From NCBI RefSeq assembly GCF_006345805.1, contig NC_043005.1:68386001-68450000 (forward strand): a stretch of DNA of 64,000 nt, in the 5' to 3' direction. Origin of the DNA: Octopus sinensis (lineage: Eukaryota). Position 1 is the stretch's first letter. Each line of letters opens with the position of its first letter. The position numbers and the translations under genes were made by a program. A model generated the notes under the pieces. The model made no database searches and had not been told where the DNA came from. It was given only the letters and a program-made list of their open reading frames with translations. Below, one piece after another: positions 36,098 through 47,720 of the stretch.

Positions 36098-37098
36098 TAT
36101 ATATAATATACATACATACATACACACACACACACATGTATGTATGCATGTATTTTTAATTAATATGGAGAACTGATAGAAACCATTAACTTCACCTTTG
36201 TTTCGAGACTGAAATTCACTTTCATTATATTAGTTTAATAAGTCAATGTAAACGATACGAATCCTACTTGCAATTGTCTCGTGTTCCATTATCCTGTCGA
36301 CGAATAATAGCAGCCTGATCAGTTTCGCTGTCTCTTACTTCCATATTCTTCTCTCACTTTTATTTGATTTCATTTTGCGACAAATGTTTTCTTCTTACTA
36401 AAATTCTTATTCTTATTGATTCGTCGCCTTTCTTTAGTTTCTTCTGTTCGTAAGTGGCATATTCCTTTTACGACTCTCTCTTTTTCTATCCTGATCTTTC
36501 TTCTATTTTTTTTCCCCAATGAATAACCTATTTGAAGGTAGTTTTCTCTCTTTGTACTCTCCTTATCCCCAATACTTCTTGAGATTCACTAATTCTTTCC
36601 AAATATTTTCTTAAATCCACTTTTTTTTCTGGTCTCCTTTTCTGCAATCAAGAATGTTTCCTGCCTTAGGTGTTTGCGGTTGTGACAGTTTCTGCTTAAT
36701 TTGTCATTCTCTTTGAATCTGTTTTTAATTACTCATGATAATTTGTGTTGTAATTCTTGTTTAGTTTAATACATTTTGTTTCATGAAAGAAATATCCGAA
36801 AATCTATGCACATACGTCCGTTTCACTAAAAAAACTGGTTGAGTACGTTTGTGTAGAATATAGTATATGAGCTAATTAGATTTTCGATTTTTAATTATAG
36901 AATATTTTGTAGTAAAAGAAGCGATAAAAGAGAAAATGTCAAGGCGTAATAAAGTTTGTGATGTCACTGAGTTCTTGGCTACTCTCTCTCTGTTTCTAGC
37001 TCTCTGTCTCTCTTCCTCTCTACGTTTAAATTATCTTCGAATCTACTGTATTTATGTATGATTGTGTGCCTACGTGCATGTATTTAAGTTGTATGCAC

Positions 37099-37129
<31 letters not shown>

Positions 37130-37657
37130 TGTATGTATGTATGTATGTATGTATGTATGTGTGTGTGCTTGTGTGTGTGTGACTGCAAGCGTGTGCGTGT
37201 GTGTCTGTTTGTATTGTGAAAGTTCAATGAACGATGGAGTCGTTTAATGCATATTTGTGCAAAACACACTCATTGCTACATTTAAAACATAATTACATAA
37301 ATGATGGTGTTTATATAAGTTTATTCATTTCACCTGTTACCAGTTATTGGATTGTAGCCACGCAGAGGAATGGCCTTCAGGAGTTTAATCGAATAAATCG
37401 ACACCACTAATTGTGTTTAATCTTATTATGTATTTCATCAGAAGTATTTACGAACTGCTATGTTACGGTACATCAACACTATTTGTTTTAAGCGGCTTAA
37501 ACGTACGCGCATAGATCTATCTATCCATCCATCTATCTGTCTCTCTGTCTGTATTTTTAGAATTTTCGCGTAAACTGGCGTTGCAAATGGAGGTGGTACG
37601 GAAAGTGTAACTTATATTTAAAGATGAGTTAAAGAATTCTTTTTGTCTTCTTTCCAT

Positions 37658-37703
<46 letters not shown>

Positions 37704-37893
37704 TACATATATATATATGCATGTTTGTGTTCCTTCGTGTCTCTATTTGTCCCTCCCCGCTATCACTTGTTGGTGTGTTTATAAACCATAACTTAGCGAT
37801 TCGGCAAAACGGACCGATAGAATAAGTAAAATAGAACGACCGCAGTGAAATTACTGAAAAGTATAAAAGAATAAAAGAATGTGTGTATGCATG

Positions 37894-38012
<119 letters not shown>

Positions 38013-38186
38013 AAAACGGGTGTCCTTAACGTTTCTATCAACTAAATTTCCTGCAAACCATTAATATAGAGGTTATGCCTAAGGTACTATGCAAAAATAC
38101 GAAAAGCAAGAACCATATAATTACTAAGCGAATTTCTTGCACCAATGCTATTATTTTTAAGAGGTCACAGCTCAGTGGGGCATCTA

Positions 38187-39429
38187 TTGAATCATCCCAT
38201 AAAGAATGCAGTTTTTTCAATTGTACGAACTTAAAATCGGATGGGGATGTGATAAACTACTTGCATCAACTTGCTATGAAATTAGGTAGTAATTTTACCT
38301 TGTCTTTATTATTAGTGCAAGTTTTGAAGAATGCTGTTCGATTTCAGCAGTTATCTTTTCAAAGCTATAATAGAAGTGAAAAAACAGCACATTCGGTATA
38401 TTTTGCTTTGTGAGTTCAATAAAGGCAACAATGCAACGGAAAGTGTGAGGAATATTAATGCAGTATATGAGGATCGGACAATAAGCGTAAGCCAGTGAAG
38501 CGTAGTTCCAGAAATTCCGAACCGGAAACTAAAACCTAGAAGAAGAGCCTCGTCCTGGAAGATCTGTAGAGCTCGACGAGGACATCCTGCAAACCCTTTT
38601 GGAACAAAACCCCATCGTAATTGCTGAGGAACTATTAGAAAAGCTTGGATTTGGTCATTAAACCATTCATCGATATCTGCGTGCCATCGGAAACGTCAGC
38701 TAATTGGGTCAATGTATTCCTCACAAACATCCTGAGTCTAATCGTGCGCAGAGTGTGAATGTGTGCTCTTCTTTGCTGTCAATTCTCACGATTGATCTTT
38801 TTTTGGAAAGAATAGTGACTGGTGACGAGAAATGGGTTCTATATAAAAATGTCAAGCGCCGAAGACAGAGTGTAGGGAAAGGAGAAACATAGGCACCCCA
38901 GGCTAAAGAAGGTGTTCACCTACGTAAGGTGTTGTTATCTGTTTAAACCCCAACCAAACTATAACAAACTACTGCAAGCAGCCTGAGTGGCTTAAGTCAA
39001 TGCTTGAAGAAAACGACTATCTTTGGTTTCAAGACGAAAGGTGTTCGTCTATGAGGATAATGCTCGGCCACATACAGCGAGGATGACATTCCAAAGGCTG
39101 GAACAGTTTGAATGAGAAACAATGCCCTACCCACCATATTTGCCGGACATTGCCCCAACTGATTATCATTTATTCAGCAGTCTTCAAAATCATTTGGACG
39201 GGAAAAAAATGAATTCTGTAGACGAAGTCAGAACAGTACTGGAGGGGTACTTTCATCACGGACAAGTGAGTTTGAGAAGAGGAGCCATGCAAGACTATCA
39301 GATAAATGGAAGAGCATTGTAGAAAATGGAGGAGAGTATATTTTAAATTAAAACAGAACTGTGTTTATCTTAATTTTAAAAACTAAAAGAAGTATAAAAA
39401 ACAAACGCATTATTCATGGGATGACCGAA
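38187..39429 (+). mobile_element. Full-length degenerate mariner transposon (1243 bp)
   Basis: TA-ttgaatcatcccataaagaatgc at the left and cgcattattcatgggatgaccgaa-TA at the right. Transposase remnants 38370-39351 include IVTGDEKWVLYKNVKRRRQ, DNARP and PYLPDIAPTDYHLF, with many stops and frameshifts. Confidence 0.92.
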
Positions 39430-39934
39430 TACTAACTTTCATTTACATAGCACTGCAGTTACGCCTAGTCGTATAAACTTAACCCTGATATATAAATAAA
39501 GATGTAATATAAGAATATTAAGATTTGTTAAATCTTTGCCAATCTTTACCAGCCAACAGCATAATTTTATTGATAGACTATATCTTCAATTTCATTCCAA
39601 ATTTAAGACTGTAAAGTTAAAATTGTTTACTTCTTGATGTAAAGTGAAGAGGAATAGATAACAACTCTCAAGACAGAAGTGGTGACCAATATATAGTAAT
39701 GATTATAGATTTCAGAAATGATGTCTCTGAAAACTGTATAATAAATACTACCTATGTAGACTTTTACACCATCTAAGCAATCAAATGTTTCAAACAAAAT
39801 ATAATTTCAAAGAAAATTATACTTTTCATGTTTCTCAGCAAACTTTCATTCATTTAAAGATTTTCAAAGTAACTGTTGTAGTTCTATGGACAGACACTAT
39901 TAGTATTTCATAAGTCCTACTTGCCTGTCTGTCT

Positions 39935-40117
39935 GCCTCTATCTATCTATCTATCTATCTATCTGTTTATCTATCTATCTATCTATATGTTTATCTATCT
40001 GTCTGTCTGTCTGTCTGTCTGTCTGTATGTATGTATGTATGTATCTATCTATCTATGTATCTCTATCTATATATATCTATCTATGTCTATCTATATATAT
40101 CTATCTATATCTATCTA

Positions 40118-40168
<51 letters not shown>

Positions 40169-40220
40169 ATCTATCTATATCTATCTATCTATCTCTATCT
40201 ATCTATATATATCTATCTAT
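39935..40220. repeat. Degenerate (TATC)n/(TGTC)n microsatellite block
   Basis: Low-complexity tetranucleotide runs. Confidence 0.95.
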
Positions 40221-40584
40221 CCGCAATATAGAGAGCTAGTTAACTATCTAGCTGATGACATAAATGGGCAGAGAACGAAGTTGAACACAATAGATTATAA
40301 TATAACTTATTCAGTTGATTAATCCACATAGGTTGTGTAGCGAAATGTTAAGTGAAATAAAAATCTGATTAACACTTGGCCTTGCAGGTAACCTATTATG
40401 GTAATGGAATCACACAAATTGGCAAACGGAAGAAATAACAGAGTACTACTTCTAAGCATTGTCCTCCTCCGTCATGAAACCCTACTTTTCCACTCAATCT
40501 TGCCAGTGGGTTTGATATAATAGCCGAAACTTGGTTTCACGTCTTCATTAAAAGTCGTTATTAGAAACAAATAGAGCTATGGGA

Positions 40585-40990
40585 GGGCGGTGAGCTGGCA
40601 GAAACGTTAGCCCGCCGGGCGAAATGCTTTGTGGTATTTTGTCCGCCGCTACGTTCTGAGTTCAAATTCTGCCGAGGTCGACTTTGCCTTTCATCCTTTC
40701 GGAGTCGATTAAATAAGTACCAGTTACGCACTGGAGTAGATATAATCAACTTAATCCGTTTGTCTGTCCTTGTTTGTCCTCTCTGTGTTTAGCCCCTTGT
40801 GGGTAGTAAAGAAATAGGTATTTCGTCTACCATTACGTCTGAGTTCAAATTCCACCGAGGTCGACTTTGCCTTTCATCCTTTCGGGGTCGATAAATTAGG
40901 TACCCGTTACGTACTGGGGGTTGATGTAATCGACTTAATCCGTTTGTCTGTCCTTGTTTGTCCCCTCTACGTTTAGCCCCTTGCGCGTAA
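40585..40990 (+). mobile_element. SINE family A, full copy plus tandem 5'-truncated copy
   Basis: ggcggtgagctggcagaaacg head, gagttcaaattc B-box, aggtcgactttgcctttcatcctttc core. The second copy starts at ~40816. Confidence 0.92.
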
Positions 40991-41430
40991 TAAATAAATA
41001 AATAAATAACAAATAGAGCGATAGATTGGTAGAATTGATTGAGTGACAAACAAAATATATTAAGATATTCAATTACATCGTTTGAGTTTATGCGTTCGAA
41101 TTCTGCCCGTGTTGAGTTTGTTTTATAACAGCTCTGGGTTATGATTACTTTGACAACACTGCTACTCAGAAAGTTGTGACCTTGAAAAAATAAAGGAATA
41201 ACATTACACTGGATTACATAAAATTCTTTACGCACGAGCGGAGAAACCTGGGTGCAGGTTTTTGATTTGCTAGAAATAGCAACCATATCTTCCTATTGCA
41301 ACGAGAAAGAAACTTTAGATAATATAGCCAGGACATACAAAAGGGCGAGATATTTGGAACACCTTTGATAGGGGTTAATTTTAGCGTAAAGAAATAACAA
41401 TAACATCACCTTTTTAACATACATTGTTAT

Positions 41431-41644
41431 CTTTACTCTTTTACTTGTTTCAGTCATTTGACTGTGGCCATGCTGGAGCACCGCCTTTAGTCGAGCAATT
41501 CGATCCCAGGACTTATTCTTTGTAAGCCTAGTACTTATTCTATCGGTCTCTTTTGCCGATCCGCTAAGTTACGGGTACGTAAACACACCAGCATCGGTTG
41601 TCAAGCGATGTTGGGAGGACAAACACAGACACACAAACTTATAC

Positions 41645-41695
<51 letters not shown>

Positions 41696-41870
41696 TATAT
41701 ATATACGACGAGCTTCTTTCAGTTTCCGTCTACCAAATCCACTCCCAATGCTTTGGTCGGCCCGAGGCTATAGTAGAAAACACTTGCCCAAAGGGCCACG
41801 CAGTGGGACTGAACCTGAAACCATGTGGGTGGTAAACAAGCTATTTACCACACAGCCACTCCTACGCCTA
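41431..41870 (-). mobile_element. SINE family B, full length
   Basis: Reverse complement of the 35640-36097 organisation. Confidence 0.92.
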
Positions 41871-42704
41871 TATATTAAACAGAGGCAAAGTGCCATAAAT
41901 TGTTATGGTGCAAGGGATTCGGTATTGCCGATTAATTCCACTTTTGTTCATTAGTAATAGTTCATGGCCCATGGAAGTATGAAAAGTGAAGTTGATTCTG
42001 GCGGTGTTAGAACTCAGAATAATGAAGGGCAATGATAATGTAAAGTTTCGATTGCACGTTACTACTGAATTTGTTTTTGCATGTTGATACTCATGAAAAT
42101 ACTTTAACTTGTGCCAAGCCACAAGTTCGTAAATTAGAGGGCAAGTCAGCTTCAGCATGCTTTGATCCCAGTGTTAAGGGGACCACCGCCCTTGCCAACT
42201 TCATTTTTTAAATTTTGATCTTAGTAATCTGTACGATGCAGTTTATTACTTTATAAAAGAAAATAGCAAACTTCAATATCTCGAGGTTGGAAGATTTCAA
42301 TATTTTATCAAAAATACTGATTACATAAACCGGTTTCAGTTACAACAGTAAAAACAAGAATAACATGGGCACCGAATAATCGCAACAACGAAATAAGCAT
42401 TTTAGCAGAATAATAAGTAACTCACTTTTGCAAATTTCCACGATGTATTTGGCTTGTATATTCAGGAAATATAGCAATAATTGCAAAGAAATGCCAACTT
42501 ATTCAAACAGGAAATTGTTCTAGCAAAGATATCAAATAAACAGTATCGTAAGTTAAAAATGAAAATCTAGTTGTCACCTGAGGTGTTATTGCAAGTGAGT
42601 ATCAAATTAAGAAGCAGTACGAAGTCAGAAACACTTAAATGGAAGTATGTCTATCATTATTTAATAAAGAAGTATTATTATTAAGTATGGCAACTTATGT
42701 TTCT

Positions 42705-42845
42705 TTGCATTCTGAGTTCCAATCCCGCTGAGAACGACTTTGCTTTTCACCCTTCCGGCTCTATAAAGCGAGAATTCGTCAAATACTGAGATCAATATAA
42801 TCGGCTCTTATCTTCTCCAGCTTGTGCATATGTTAGAAAATAACG
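42705..42845 (+). mobile_element. SINE family A fragment, degenerate
   Basis: ttctgagttccaatcccgctgagaacgactttgcttttcacccttc. Confidence 0.6.
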
Positions 42846-43273
42846 TAGGAAGGGAACCACATTGATAGTTGCCGCTGGCCATATTGTTTCTTTTAAATAT
42901 TTCTTTGCGGGGAATAGAAATAAAATGAGAAAAAAAAAAGAACTGTCGAAATAAGCCAGAAATGTGAGCTGGCGTTGTTATTATCTGCCAATAATGGAAA
43001 TGCTGAAGAGAAAATTGTTAATAGTAAAAAAAGGGAAATGAAAGCTAACAAAAGAAATAGGTTTAACTGGTGCTCCTGATGTTGTTTGACTCTATATAAA
43101 TACGCGATGGACAAAACTATGAATGGTTACATTTCATTTTCATCATCCTTAAGTTTATAGGAATCCTACCAATGCACGACCTTTTTGAGAAATGTAGGAT
43201 GTTCGGCTTCTATGTCTTTGCTGAGGTATGTTAATCCTGCGATTTTGCTGTTGCGTGGTCGGTAATCGAGAAG

Positions 43274-43555
43274 TACGATGTGCATTCCAGAAGTTTTGAG
43301 AATTATTTTAGGAGAGGCAGTTATAACTATCTTTAATATTCATCTAATACGCTGTGCTGCCAACTTTTGCTATTCAAAATTGAAGAAGACAGCTATAACA
43401 GCTCTTTGAACACACCCTAATAAACACTGCTTGTTACAGCTGACTATTTTGCAGAATGCAGTCGGGAAGCGAAGGCAATATTCGCCATAGATAGAACATG
43501 TCAAGATCACTGCTTTTTGCAGCTGTTATCAGTTTCTTGCGAGCTTTAATGACTG
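43274..43555 (+). mobile_element. Possible mariner-type MITE or relic, left end only
   Basis: Begins TA-cgatgtgcattccagaagttttgaga, resembling a mariner TIR. Truncated by the following SINE. Confidence 0.4.
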
Positions 43556-43557
43556 TA

Positions 43558-43790
43558 GAGGCACATGGCCTAGTGGTTAGAGTAGCGGACTCGGGATCGC
43601 GTGTTCGAATCTCAGACCGGGCGATGTGTGTGTTTATGAGCGAAACACCTAAGATCTACGCGGCTCCGGCAGAAGGTAATGGCGAACTTCTACTGACTCT
43701 TTTGCCACAACTTTCTCTCACTCTTTCCTCCCAGGAAACCGGGAAACCGGCCCTTATGAGCCAGGCGTGGCTCGAGAAGGAAGGTGCTTA
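43558..43790 (+). mobile_element. tRNA-derived SINE, family C-related
   Basis: A-box tggcctagtgg, B-box tgttcgaatc, tail gaaaccgggaaaccggccc..atgagcc. Confidence 0.75.
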
Positions 43791-44639
43791 AATGACTATG
43801 GCGGAATTCCCTCTTCATGCTAGGCAAGTAGCTCTAATATTTGTATGTGTACTGACTTGTAGGACCTTGTTCTAAAAGGAAACTCCGATAATATCTTGTA
43901 GTCGCTGTGACTTTGTTCATTGTACATTTGTATGTTATATTTTCACCAATACCTATCTATTTGTAGCACAAATAATGTTAAACAGGGAGCGGTGTTTTGC
44001 GTTCATCCCTTAAATATGAAGATATTTTTTCATGACCCCCATATATGTGTGTGTAATCCAAACTCTAGTATTGTAGATAGTTCCAGAATTCATATTTACA
44101 TCATCCATAAACTAAGTATGGGTTTTATTAATGTCTCTTTCTGTTGTAGACTCCAGCACATAACCACTATACTTTTGTTTAAAAAATGATTGGGTATATT
44201 GCTAAAGTAAACGGAAGCGCAGATTCAGTGTATTATAGAAACATTCCTTTTGAAATGTTTATAATACCACAGACAGATATTCAGCTTTTAGTTACAAGTG
44301 CGTGATTTGTCGATCAGTCTTTGTGAGCAATTCGATGGCATCAACAAAAGCAGAATTTGCCAACTGCTGTAACTTCAGTAGCCATGGATAAAGAACAGAA
44401 TTAAATGTATTTCCGTAATCAAGCCTGTCACAAGATTTTCGTACCTCAGACAGCGCAGCTTTATTTATGAAAAAGAAAAACATTATCTTTTCGGCTTGAA
44501 ATATCCTCCCACTCTTCTCTTTCCGTCTGCCTGCTAATCAGTCACTGTTTTATTAGGCTCACAATGTGATTGAAGAAATTAGTTTAGACAGTTTGTGTAA
44601 AATTTGTATATAATGGGTCTATAGATTTGTGCCAAGTCA

Positions 44640-45250
44640 GTGTTTTCATTATTGGTCATAAGATTTGTCCATCTTACGGCAAAATAATTTCAGTGTGTCA
44701 ATCTGACCTTCTATGATTCTTTGAAATATACATAGTAATGACTTTATAGTACAGCAACATCTTGTGCCAGTATCCATCTGTTATGTATCATCCTGCCTTC
44801 TTTATATAATTCAGCTTCGCCAAAGCTTTGGTGCAAGTTTCAAAGACCAATATATTACATTTACTATTGATATCGATACAGTATTGATGATATCCACGAT
44901 GGTATCTATGATGCACTCTGATTAAAATTTTTCCTTTCATTCAAGATCATAAGCGTTATTCCTGAGAAAACTTTTCTTTCACAAAGGTAATGCTTCTTCT
45001 TCATTCTCCTGTATACAGCTTGTGGGTTAAAAGCAAACTTATGATTAATGCTGGTTCGATCTTCTGTTTTATTTCGTTAACATTTTTTTTTATTCACTCA
45101 GCATCTTAACTTCAAACTTTGAAGTTATTCGATATTCTCCAATTTCTTGGTTTGTGGAATCTCAGAATATTGTTGATCACCGTATATGATGTAACTGATG
45201 TGCTGTCATATTATCCGCTTTTATTATGATATCTAAATATCCGATACTAC
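44640..45250 (-). mobile_element. Degenerate R4/Dong-type LINE fragment (region upstream of RT)
   Basis: Minus-strand remnants FAFNPQAVYRRM and KALAKLN..GYWHKML resemble the NWKAPG.D.I..YW.K region. Confidence 0.45.
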
Positions 45251-45374
45251 GGTGCAGAGTATTTATATTTTCTCATTTAGTTATTTATCTACTTGGATTG
45301 CTTACTATGACTTACATTAGCGAGCGCTCTGCAGCGAGGAGAGGTCGAACATATGTCAACAGTAAGAAGACAAA

Positions 45375-45750
45375 AACACTGCTGATGTTATAAAACAACA
45401 TTACACAAAAACCATTTGAATATGAACCGTATATAATTAGAACCTTCACGACTGCTCCAAACGTTTAACCAAGCATAGCAGCCGGATTTCTGGTCATTAT
45501 CTTCAGAGCAAAAGGGGTTTCAACCTTCAACAATTATTGACACTTTGCAAGGTAATATAGCTCTGTACACGCGTCTGGGTGGCTTCGGCGCTGTCCACAC
45601 AGACATTCTAAACTACATCCAGAATAAGATCATCCGACTAATCGCTATAGTCAGACATCTAGCTCTACTTTGAAGGTCACTGCACTTACGAGATACTGGT
45701 CTTATGCTACCCTGCACTTAAACATTCTCGGCTCACTCTACTTTTCTCAA
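45375..45750 (+). mobile_element. CR1/Jockey-group LINE RT C-terminal fragment
   Basis: LLTLCK and ILNYIQNKIIRLI remnants; same type as 62800-63420. Confidence 0.55.
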
Positions 45751-46434
45751 CGCCCTTGCTGTGTCCAATACCTCAAGCCACAAATAAACCACAGCCAAAT
45801 TTTATTAATTCCCTAAGCGCTACATCTGGTTTTCTTTCTTTCTTTGTTTCATTCTCTCTCTTTCTGCCTGTCGTTCTGTTCATTTCATTATCGCAGGCCT
45901 TGGCTGCCAAGAGTTGTAAAGGAACACAAACAGCGACTAAAGTAAAAGAAACATGTACAGTTTTTCTTAATACTGACGGCAGCAGATCTTTCAATTTGCA
46001 ACGAGCGAATCAAGCATATTGAATATCCAAAAGGTTTCGTTTGGCGCTTACATTGTTATTCATCACTGCTGAATACAACTGGATCGACTGCATGAGGAAA
46101 TGAGGATGACAAGCAAATGTAATATGGCAGATAAATATATTTAGTTATTTTAGGTTGAATTTTAACTCTACCATCGCAAGAAAAGTAAAACACATCTACG
46201 GTAATAGATATATGTTGTTGGGGTTACCTTTTTCCATATGTCTATTAGTGTATCTGTGTTTCCATTGTCTTCTATCTGTCTGAATAGCTAAGTAGATCCC
46301 CAAGTGTCAAGTTTATATATTTCTAGTCATACCTGTGCATCAATACGAATCCATAAATGCGTATTGGTGAATAATTCTATTTATACTAGTATAGTTATTA
46401 GTAAGCACGTGTCTTTGTATTCTTGTATGCGTGT

Positions 46435-46765
46435 GCTAAGGCGGCAAGATGACGGAGTCGTTAGGATGCAAGGCAAAATAATAAGCGATATTTCATCTGT
46501 GTTTAGGTTCTGAGTTCAAATTCTACCGAGGTCGAATCTGCCATTTATTCTTTCGGGATCGATAAAATTAGTACCAGTTAAGGTCTGGGTGTCGATGTAA
46601 TCAATGTAACCTTTCGGCGAAATGGGCCTTGTGCTAAAATTTGAAATCAGTATTATGACTGTCAGGCGGTAACCTGGAGCAGAATCGTTATCGTGCCGGA
46701 CAAAGGTGTAGTGGCAATTTGTCCGTCTTTACGTTCTGAGTGCGAATTCCGCCGAGGTCGACTTT
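46435..46765 (+). mobile_element. Two degenerate SINE family A copies in tandem
   Basis: gagttcaaattctaccgaggtcga (46513) and gagtgcgaattccgccgaggtcgactt (46738). Confidence 0.75.
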
Positions 46766-47317
46766 AATACAATCATAAAATGGTTTTATTAAATTAAAAA
46801 ACAAACTTTCCCCTGTATAAAAAAGATCTTTGAATAATTAAAAAAAATATCATCTTTGTAAGACATCTTTGAAAGAAAAAGCAGTGTTAATTTGCTTATG
46901 TATAAGAGAATGTTTTAATTAATCCTTTTGTGCAAGAATATTTTTTTAAATACATACATATATATTACACACACAGTCACAAATATATATATATATACCA
47001 ACAAACATTTAAAAGCGTGTGTGTTTTTGCGTGTGTATGCTTGTGTTAAAGTTTGCTTTGTGGGAGAATAATGCATTCATTTTCTCCCTTGATCGTTAAT
47101 AGTAAGACGTAATTATTTGATTCTTGGAGATCCCAGTTGTGCGCCCACTCATGCTGTTGGAAATCATGTGCTCGTACTCCCTGTAAAAATATGCTAATGC
47201 CATCAAAATACTTTCTCGTCTTATTCATCTGGAACAAGTCAGCAACCAGATTGAAAATTTCCTTCCCTCCGAGCTACACTTGATGCCATTAACACAACTC
47301 ATTCTATTCAGGCTGAT

Positions 47318-47522
47318 ATACTCTTTTACTTGTTTCAGTCATTTGACTGCGGCCATGCTGGAGCACCGCCTTTAATCGAGCAACTCGACGCCGGGACTTA
47401 TTCTTTTGTAAGCCCAGTACTTATTCTATCGGTCTCTTTTGCTGAACCGCTAAGTAACGGGGACATAAACACACCAGCATCGGTTGTCAAGCAATGCTAG
47501 GGGGACAAACACAGACACACAA

Positions 47523-47553
<31 letters not shown>

Positions 47554-47720
47554 CATATATACGACGGGATTCTTTCAGTTTCCGTCTATCAAATCTACTC
47601 AAAAGGCTTTGGTCGGCCCGAGGCTATAGTAGAAGACACTTGCCCAAGGTGCCACGCAGTGGGACTGAACCCGGAACCAAGTGGTTGGTAAACAAGCTAC
47701 TTACCACACAGCCACTCCTG
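47318..47720 (-). mobile_element. SINE family B, full length
   Basis: Same organisation as 41431-41870. Confidence 0.92.

Noticed and set aside
41598-41954. Recurrent ORFs such as MSSDVG..ARGYSRRHLPK and MLGGQTQTH..GRPEAIVEDTCPRCHAVGLNP
   Set aside because: Read-through of SINE family B. They recur because the SINE recurs.
42165-42300. TTAA-GGGGACCACC, possible end of a TTAA-targeting DNA transposon
   Set aside because: No matching opposite terminus found.
44292-44483. Minus-strand ORF RLDYGNTFNSVLYPWLLKLQQLANSAF...
   Set aside because: Protein-like but unrecognised, with a weak donor and next to decayed LINE sequence.
47046-47190. Good minus-strand acceptor followed by EYEHMISNSMSGRTTGISKNQ
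   Set aside because: No donor before the stop and no homology, so it cannot be supported as an exon.
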